64,000 nucleotides of DNA from a virus: positions 1 to 64,000 of the IMG/VR virus record IMGVR_UViG_3300025889_000075; one strand, 5' to 3'. A program made the translations under genes and the position numbers. The notes below the pieces were generated by a model. It ran no database searches and was not told the origin of the DNA. It worked only from the letters and a program-made list of their open reading frames with translations. How positions within the stretch are numbered: the first letter of the stretch is position 1; each line of letters begins with the position of its first letter. Shown here in pieces: positions 57,274 to 64,000 of this stretch.

Positions 57274-60200
57274 ATGGGTCGAGCATCCACCCCACTCAAA
57301 GTACTGTCGAATGGCGACCTAAGAGCGTTCACTGAAGAAGAAGAACGCTACCTTGCCTATGCAGCAGGTGTTCATGTATCACTGTTAGATAGTGATCAAG
57401 CTGGTGGTATTACTAGAGAACAAGATGGTGTAAATAATTTATCTCTCGGTCCTTTCATTGATTCAAAATACGATCAAGCAGTCGGCGCACATGTTAATCT
57501 TTCAAGTTCAACATCACAATATCCTTATTGGATTAAAGCAGGAACGCTCGACAAAACGAGCGAATCTTTTAGAAATTTAATTTCATGGGATTATTCTCTT
57601 AATGCCATAAAAGAAATGAACAATAACGACTTAACAGTATTAGGTCGTCGACTTTCTAAAACAATAGCACAAAATGAATACCCTGGATCTTATAGGATAG
57701 GATCTTCTAGTCCTGGATCTGATTGGACGATTTATAAACAAAATGCTTTCACTGACACCCGAACAGACGGAACTGCAACAAATTATAATATTTACATAAG
57801 AACAACTGGACAAACGTCTAATCCTCATTCAGGAAGAGTTTTACCCTCCGCGCTTAAACGGTCTTCAGGTGGATCAGGAACGTACCAAGGGTTTGAAAGA
57901 TTTTCTGATCAACAATTAAGTTATACATTGGGAGAAAAGGTAAAAGAACTTATTGCTGGTGGTGATATCGGTACGGTTCTTTTGCGTTCGACTGCTGATG
58001 GTGCTCCTTCATCAGGAACATGGGTTGCAAGAGGTTACGCTACCGATACAAGGCAAGAAGTTGGAGATACAGATTTCGTATCAACAAGTACGCCAACTTA
58101 TGTTGGAAATTTCCAAGCAGAATACCTCGGAGATTTCCAGGCAGAATATGCTTTAGAGGTCACATATGTAACAACCAGTTCAGGTATTATAACTCGAGAA
58201 TACAGTGGCGATTATACTGGTAATTTTGCGGGAGATTATACAACAGAATTTTTGGGTTCTCAGGGATATACTAATGATTTCGTTAGTTCATCAGAAATAT
58301 CATATACAAACGTATTCGTAGCAGATTTCGTTGGTTCAGCAGTAAAAGAGAAAAATGTAACCGAATCATATACTGGTGATTTTCTTGCTGATTTTATAGG
58401 AGATTATTTAGGTTCGACCAATAGAACCTCAGATTATACTGGAGATTTTTCTGGACAATTTACTGGAAATTATCTTGGCGACTTCCTATCATCAACTACT
58501 TTTGCGAGAACACGAACACAAACAGCATTAGAAAATTATACTGGCGATTTCCTTGGGAATTACACAGGATCAATAAATTACCTTGGATCAAATTCTGTTA
58601 GTTATATTGCAGACTATGTTAAAGTTTATATCGGAGATTTTCTATCGTCAGCCAATTTTACTAGCACAAGAGTAACTTATGCAGAAAATGAAGTCATTGA
58701 AGAATATACTGGTGATTTCATTGGTGATTACATAGGATCTATAAATGTTCTAAAAGATAACAGTGTAGGATATATTGCTGATTACATTGGTGATTATATT
58801 GGTGATTTTATAGGATCATTAAATGTTCAGAGAGATACCAGCGTAACTGATGAATCTGTTATGAGTTCAGCCAATATTACAGTACCTAGCGCAAATTATT
58901 TAAATTACGTTGGTGATTACATTGGTTCTGTTGATGATCATCCTTACACTATAACTTACATTGGTGATTTTTTAACGTCAACCGATTATACTAACACAAC
59001 ACAACACGTAACAAGCGTGAATTATATCGGCGCTGGTTCAACACAAGATGATGGAACCAAAGGGTATATTGGTGATTTCATTGGTGATTATATTGGACCG
59101 GATAACAAGTATCATATTAAAACTTTTGTTGAAGGGTACTTGAATTACGTTGGTGATTACATAGGATCAGTCGGTAAATCTTATATTGGAACGCCAAGTA
59201 CAGATTATGCTAACTACATAGGCGATCCTTACGTTGCTAATTTCGTTGGTCAAACTACTTATACTGGGACTAGCTATACTGTATTATCTCCTCAAATAAT
59301 TGGTGTCGGCGCGCAAGTTAATGGCACCGGATGGGGTGATGGATCAACTTACATTAATTCACAAACAGCTCAGTCTTCTATAAGCGTACCAATTCAGCTT
59401 CAAATTGCAATTTCTGGAACTACTAGTCCAGTTGCAGGCGTCCCAGGAAACACATATAAATGTACTTTTAATTCTTCAGCGTCCAGTGGTGTTACTGTCC
59501 TAGGTATGACACCCAACAGTAATATATCACCGAATAGATTTAATACGCTTGATTCATGGACAATCAACGGAAACCAAAGCGTTTATTTTCCTCAAGCGAA
59601 TTCGATTTATACCTTTCCTGGAATATCTTATGTAAACGTTAATATAATACTCAATTCTGAAGGTTCGGGAAAACTTGTTTTAAATGTTACCAATTCTACT
59701 GGTAGTACAATTTATAGAAAATCACAATTAAATACAAATGGAACTGCTCCATCTGTGTATAGTACGCAAAACTATACTCCTGATTTTCAGGCTGATTTAA
59801 CATATACTCCAAATTATTTGGGAACAAGTCAAATTAATTATCTTAATGATTTTGTAGAAGGATATGTACCATATCATAGTCCATTTCTTGGTAGTGCTGT
59901 AGATTATTCAGAACAGGGACCGTATGCACATGCATATACGCCAGATTACATTACTGGATATACTGGTTCTACCAGCGTAGATTATCTTGGATCATTAACT
60001 GTTCAGACAAACAACAGCGTAACATACACATCAGATTATCAAGTTAATTATCTTGGTGATTATACTGGACAGGTGGAGTATACTGGTGATTTCGTGGCGA
60101 ACTATACTGAACCGTTCATTCACAATTACATTGGTGATTTTATAACGTCAACTTCATATGAAAGTATAGCGGAGGAGAATTATATACGTTATGCGAATCC

Positions 60201-60969
60201 TTATATCTTTACTTATGTGGGTGATTTTTTAACGTCAACCGAATATAGTATCACAAGGGTAACTATAGACTATGAACCATATACTGGTGATTTTCTTGGG
60301 GATTACACAGGATCTGTAACAAGAAACACATCAACCAGCGTCAATTATCAAAATTATTTAGAACCATATATCGTTAATTATGTTGGCGACTTTTTATCAT
60401 CAACTACTTTTACTAGTACGAAAATACCCGATGCTTTTGTGGGTGATTATTTGGGTGACTTCGTTGGGGATTATACTGGATCAATTCAATATGTTGGTAC
60501 AGCATTAGAAGATTATGCTGCAGAATATCTTAATACCTTTGTTGCTGACTACATAAGCAGTGCAGAGCAACAAAAAAATAGAACCAGTACAACAACCGAT
60601 GGATTTACTGGTGATTATATCGGAGGTTTTCTAGGATCTGTCAATAGTACGGTATCTGTATCAAAATCATTTGCAGGAACATACACAGGAAATTATACTT
60701 CAGACTATGTTAGTTCTGCTCAATACACAGAAACATATACGACTGATTCAACTGATAATTTTGTTACTGCATATACTGGAGATTTCGGCGCTGCTTATAC
60801 GGGAGATTATACAGGGTCATTAATTTACACGACGCTATATACTTCTGAAAGCACAGAAGATTATGCTTCAACTAGCACTGCAAGTTATACTGGGGAATTT
60901 GCGGCAACAACAATTTTACAAACAAATGAAGTGGTTGAAACTTATACATTATACGTGAGGATAGCATGA
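57274..60969 (+). CDS. Tyr/Thr/Gly/Asp-rich repetitive fibre-like protein
   Basis: Dozens of (Y/F)xG(D/N) tetrapeptide repeats on both sides of a central non-repetitive domain. Confidence 0.75.
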   Translation: MGRASTPLKVLSNGDLRAFTEEEERYLAYAAGVHVSLLDSDQAGGITREQDGVNNLSLGPFIDSKYDQAVGAHVNLSSSTSQYPYWIKAGTLDKTSESFRNLISWDYSLNAIKEMNNNDLTVLGRRLSKTIAQNEYPGSYRIGSSSPGSDWTIYKQNAFTDTRTDGTATNYNIYIRTTGQTSNPHSGRVLPSALKRSSGGSGTYQGFERFSDQQLSYTLGEKVKELIAGGDIGTVLLRSTADGAPSSGTWVARGYATDTRQEVGDTDFVSTSTPTYVGNFQAEYLGDFQAEYALEVTYVTTSSGIITREYSGDYTGNFAGDYTTEFLGSQGYTNDFVSSSEISYTNVFVADFVGSAVKEKNVTESYTGDFLADFIGDYLGSTNRTSDYTGDFSGQFTGNYLGDFLSSTTFARTRTQTALENYTGDFLGNYTGSINYLGSNSVSYIADYVKVYIGDFLSSANFTSTRVTYAENEVIEEYTGDFIGDYIGSINVLKDNSVGYIADYIGDYIGDFIGSLNVQRDTSVTDESVMSSANITVPSANYLNYVGDYIGSVDDHPYTITYIGDFLTSTDYTNTTQHVTSVNYIGAGSTQDDGTKGYIGDFIGDYIGPDNKYHIKTFVEGYLNYVGDYIGSVGKSYIGTPSTDYANYIGDPYVANFVGQTTYTGTSYTVLSPQIIGVGAQVNGTGWGDGSTYINSQTAQSSISVPIQLQIAISGTTSPVAGVPGNTYKCTFNSSASSGVTVLGMTPNSNISPNRFNTLDSWTINGNQSVYFPQANSIYTFPGISYVNVNIILNSEGSGKLVLNVTNSTGSTIYRKSQLNTNGTAPSVYSTQNYTPDFQADLTYTPNYLGTSQINYLNDFVEGYVPYHSPFLGSAVDYSEQGPYAHAYTPDYITGYTGSTSVDYLGSLTVQTNNSVTYTSDYQVNYLGDYTGQVEYTGDFVANYTEPFIHNYIGDFITSTSYESIAEENYIRYANPYIFTYVGDFLTSTEYSITRVTIDYEPYTGDFLGDYTGSVTRNTSTSVNYQNYLEPYIVNYVGDFLSSTTFTSTKIPDAFVGDYLGDFVGDYTGSIQYVGTALEDYAAEYLNTFVADYISSAEQQKNRTSTTTDGFTGDYIGGFLGSVNSTVSVSKSFAGTYTGNYTSDYVSSAQYTETYTTDSTDNFVTAYTGDFGAAYTGDYTGSLIYTTLYTSESTEDYASTSTASYTGEFAATTILQTNEVVETYTLYVRIA

Positions 60970-61409
60970 ATGAATTATATTTGCCTAATGCATTTTGGAC
61001 TAATTGGGAAAAGAAAGGTGAAGACAAGTCGAGTATAACTGCTTTAAAAAGAATTGATTCCAATTCAACAATTCAAATTACAACGAACGAAGGTCAAGAA
61101 GATTATAACAATTTGATTTCTCAATTATCTTTGAGTAAAATAACTGAGAACACTGTTATACGTTTTAATAAGAAACAAAGGGAAAAGGCAGAAAAAGATC
61201 TTATTAAAGAACAAAGAGATAAATCTAAAATGCTTGAAGAACTTTTTTCTTTTAAACTTAAAGTATTTGAAACAGAATCGGTTAAAAATTCTGAGAATAA
61301 AAAAATTAAGTCTAAGATCAGAAAAGCAAAGTCTCAAATAGAAGCACAAGCATTAACTACATTATTGATTGGCATTGAAGAAGGTATTATTGATGAGCGA
61401 GCTAACTAA
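60966..61409 (+). CDS. hypothetical protein (possible fibre chaperone)
   Basis: LF.FKL..FE...VKNS..K.KIRKAKS; coupled to the fibre gene. Confidence 0.65.
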   Translation: MNELYLPNAFWTNWEKKGEDKSSITALKRIDSNSTIQITTNEGQEDYNNLISQLSLSKITENTVIRFNKKQREKAEKDLIKEQRDKSKMLEELFSFKLKVFETESVKNSENKKIKSKIRKAKSQIEAQALTTLLIGIEEGIIDERAN

Positions 61410-62121
61410 AGGTTACATTGTTATTGCATCGAATAAGAAATTTTTTTACAAATCTGGTCTTTATTTGATAGAATCAATTAAAGATTATTACCCAGAAGCA
61501 AAATGTTGCTTGGTTACAGAAGAAAGATTTCTTGATGGAAATGAAAGTATAGTTGATGATCTTTTATTATGTGATGATCATTTGCGCGCGAAAATGGACG
61601 GCATGGCGAGATCCCCATATGATCTAACATTTTACATTGACGCTGATTGTGAAGTTGTACATGAAGACATAGCAAATGTTTTTGATGAGTTGGGTGATTA
61701 TGATGTGATGTTTACTGAATTGACCGACGATAGGAAATACTGTTTTAAAGAAGTTCATTTTCCTGCTGGTCAATTAAGACTTTGTGGTGGTGTTTGTTTA
61801 TATGATTTAAGTAGACCGATCGTTAAAGAATTTATGAAAGATTGGTATGATTTAACGGTCAAACAATATGCTAAACTTTGGTGGCCGACAAAAGAAAATG
61901 GCGAATATGATTATGATAATTATCCTAAAACATTAGCAAGATGGGATCAGTTTAGTCTTTGGTGGTTAGTTAATAAAGAACCAAAGTATAAAGATTTGAA
62001 AGTTGGTATTTTTGACGATGATGCTAGATGGAATCACTACTCAAAATATAAAATGCAACATTGTAGAAAACCAATTGTTATTAATCATTATTCGGATAGC
62101 AGCGTAAAAAAATCAGTTTAA
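61393..62121 (+). CDS. GT-A glycosyltransferase (GT8-like)
   Basis: SPYDLTFYIDAD, CGGV, WDQFSLW, RWN, INHY; start at ATG 61393. Confidence 0.75.
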   Translation: MSELTKGYIVIASNKKFFYKSGLYLIESIKDYYPEAKCCLVTEERFLDGNESIVDDLLLCDDHLRAKMDGMARSPYDLTFYIDADCEVVHEDIANVFDELGDYDVMFTELTDDRKYCFKEVHFPAGQLRLCGGVCLYDLSRPIVKEFMKDWYDLTVKQYAKLWWPTKENGEYDYDNYPKTLARWDQFSLWWLVNKEPKYKDLKVGIFDDDARWNHYSKYKMQHCRKPIVINHYSDSSVKKSV

Positions 62122-62122
62122 T

Positions 62123-62791
62123 ATGCAAAAAATTGAAATTGAAAATGAAGAGGTTTTAAATAATCTAAAACCTTTTGAATGGTTTGTTAACCAAACAGTT
62201 TGTGATTTAATTATTAGAGATGAAAAAAGTTTCTCTTGTAATAGAAACGATTATGTGTCAATTCCATACATGCAAAAAATAATGCGCATGGGAAAAGACC
62301 ATAATGGATTTCCTGAAAGAGTCAAAGGGTACAGTTTTAATGGCGTAGGATTGAAATTTAAAAATGCCTCTGATCCTTTAGTTTCAGAAATGATGAATCG
62401 TTATAACGAAAACATTTTTAATTTCTCTTCTTCTCTAATGTTAAGGCATAATGCATTATTTACTGTTTATCCTCCTGGGGGTTTTATTTCATGGCATAAT
62501 AATGCAAATGCATCCGCTTATAATTTTATTTTTACATGGTCTGAAACAGGCAATGGTTATTGGCAAAATTATGACATGGAAGAACAAAAAGTGGTAACGA
62601 TAAATGATAAACCAGGTTGGCAATGTAAATCTGGTTATTTTGGGTCGTACAATGAGAATCCAAATAAAATAGTTTACCACTCTGCATCAACCGATTGTTG
62701 GAGAATGACAGTTGCATTCGTCCTTGATCGGTCAGAAATGTCTAAGGGAATTCAAGATTTAATTATCGAAGAATTGTCTTTTACAGAATAG
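62123..62791 (+). CDS. 2OG-Fe(II) oxygenase-like protein
   Basis: YPPGGFISWHNN, distal YHSA, WRMTVAF; HxN in place of HxD. Confidence 0.6.
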   Translation: MQKIEIENEEVLNNLKPFEWFVNQTVCDLIIRDEKSFSCNRNDYVSIPYMQKIMRMGKDHNGFPERVKGYSFNGVGLKFKNASDPLVSEMMNRYNENIFNFSSSLMLRHNALFTVYPPGGFISWHNNANASAYNFIFTWSETGNGYWQNYDMEEQKVVTINDKPGWQCKSGYFGSYNENPNKIVYHSASTDCWRMTVAFVLDRSEMSKGIQDLIIEELSFTE

Positions 62792-62797
62792 AATCAT

Positions 62798-62805
62798 TAT
62801 AAATA
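62798..62805 (+). promoter_or_regulatory. T4-type late promoter
   Basis: Intergenic TATAAATA. Confidence 0.85.
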
Positions 62806-62840
62806 AAAACGATTGTTGATCTTATTTCGGATTCGTTTTT

Positions 62841-63197
62841 ATGGCTCATTACGAAGATATTACCATCGACCAAGGTTCTGATGTATCACTAGAACTACAC
62901 TTGGTCGACACTCAAGGCGATAAGAAGAACCTAACAGGTTTTTCTGCAGCTGCAAAAATGAAAGTCAATTATAACAGCGATAGTGCAGACACGGTAACGT
63001 TTGACACATATATTGCTGCTCCTGCTACAGACGGTATTGTTGTTTTGAATTTGACAAACGCACAAACCGATCTATTGAATCCGAGAAAAAAATACGTTTA
63101 TGATGTTGAAGTTTCACATCTCGATAGTGATAGCAATACGATTATTGAGAGAGTGTTACAGGGAACTATAACAGTAACTCCATCAGTAACGAAATAG
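62841..63197 (+). CDS. conserved small virion/fibre-associated beta protein
   Basis: IDQG.D, NLTG, L.LT..QT, YVYDVE, RVLQG.ITV.P.VT. Confidence 0.75.
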   Translation: MAHYEDITIDQGSDVSLELHLVDTQGDKKNLTGFSAAAKMKVNYNSDSADTVTFDTYIAAPATDGIVVLNLTNAQTDLLNPRKKYVYDVEVSHLDSDSNTIIERVLQGTITVTPSVTK

Positions 63198-63209
63198 GAA
63201 CATAATCTT

Positions 63210-63497
63210 ATGGCGGTAATTAAAGCACAGGGGATTTCTACAGACGGAAAGACTCAGGTGAAAATCGTTGGGAGAAAAACAACTCAAGTTAAGAAAGTAA
63301 TTGTTGGTACTCCAATTAGGCGAGTAAACGTCAATGATGATATAAATAGTAGAATACCAGTAGACTTCATTGTTAATGTTACTGCTGGTAGCGGAAAGGC
63401 AGAAGGTGCTTTATTAACATTTAACGAAGGTACTGGCGAATTTCAACCATTACTTAGACTAGGAGACAATGTCGTTTCTGACGGCGGGGGATTTTAA
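63210..63497 (+). CDS. hypothetical protein ending DGGGF
   Basis: SD AGGA; DGG.F C-terminus typical of fibre-associated proteins. Confidence 0.7.
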   Translation: MAVIKAQGISTDGKTQVKIVGRKTTQVKKVIVGTPIRRVNVNDDINSRIPVDFIVNVTAGSGKAEGALLTFNEGTGEFQPLLRLGDNVVSDGGGF

Positions 63498-63500
63498 TAA

Positions 63501-64000
63501 ATGGCAATTATTCAGATAAAAAGATCCAGTAGTTCGGGTGCGCCAGGACCAAGTACACTTAAGAATGGTGAATTAGCATATTCTTATTTAGACGGTACTG
63601 TTGGCAACGGTGGTGATCGTCTTTATATTGGCATCGGCGATAGCACCGATGGTTATGCAGATAGCGTAGTTGAAATCGGCGGTCAATTTTTTACTCAATA
63701 TTTAGATCATACTCCTGGAACATTAACTGCTAGTTCCGCAATTATTACTGACGCTAACAGTAAAATCGATCAACTCCTGGTCGATAATTTATCTTTAGAC
63801 GGTAATACTCTAACTACAACAAACACAGACGGTGATTTGATTCTTTCTGCTAATGGCAATGGTGTCATTAGTGCAAGCAGCAAACGTATTACAAACGTAG
63901 CAACGCCAACTTCTGGTACAGACGCTGCTAACAAAACTTATGTTGATCAACAAATTGGAACTTCTGTTAATTTAAGTATTACTGCTGATAGCGGTAGTTC
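63501..64000 (+). CDS. tail fibre protein, Mtd-like N-terminus, 3'-truncated
   Basis: Not in track. MAIIQIKRSSSSGAPGPSTLKNGELAYSY..DRLYIG..IGGQFF; open to window end. Confidence 0.8.
   Translation, partial: MAIIQIKRSSSSGAPGPSTLKNGELAYSYLDGTVGNGGDRLYIGIGDSTDGYADSVVEIGGQFFTQYLDHTPGTLTASSAIITDANSKIDQLLVDNLSLDGNTLTTTNTDGDLILSANGNGVISASSKRITNVATPTSGTDAANKTYVDQQIGTSVNLSITADSGS

Noticed and set aside
63501-64000. Mtd-like N-terminus as sign of a diversity-generating retroelement
   Set aside because: No reverse transcriptase or template/variable repeat pair in the window; this N-terminus is common in fibres.
1-64000. Stop-codon reassignment
   Set aside because: Core genes are full length in the standard code, all three stops terminate genes, and there is no suppressor tRNA.

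Overview
64 kb of an AT-rich T4-like myovirus genome, probably infecting a Gram-negative (likely marine proteobacterial) host. Family assignments come from motifs and gene order recognised by eye; no searches were run. Layout: (1) 0-7.6 kb: spanins, candidate holin, class II ribonucleotide reductase, PhoH, endolysin. (2) 7.6-20.7 kb: an 18-gene soluble glycan-building island of glycosyltransferases, methyltransferases, a radical SAM enzyme and a nucleotidyltransferase/HAD fusion. (3) 20.7-30.7 kb: early/accessory region with IHF-box sigma70 promoters, two candidate structured RNAs, three tRNAs, isocitrate lyase, ThyX, a DenV-like protein, a UDP-sugar dehydrogenase, gp33 and gp32. (4) 30.7-64 kb: late tail, baseplate and fibre genes. 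Best candidate for a new system: phage-encoded virion O-glycosylation, because an Asp-Ser(-Ala) motif is strongly over-represented in outer baseplate/fibre proteins and glycosyltransferases are abundant, one inside the fibre operon next to a 2OG-Fe(II) oxygenase. Other notable signals: a lambda G/GT-like -1 frameshift joining gp26 and gp51, a 14-nt complement of the 16S rRNA 3' end with no start codon, an RNA presenting an anti-Shine-Dalgarno loop, and a split gp5 with an inserted amidase.
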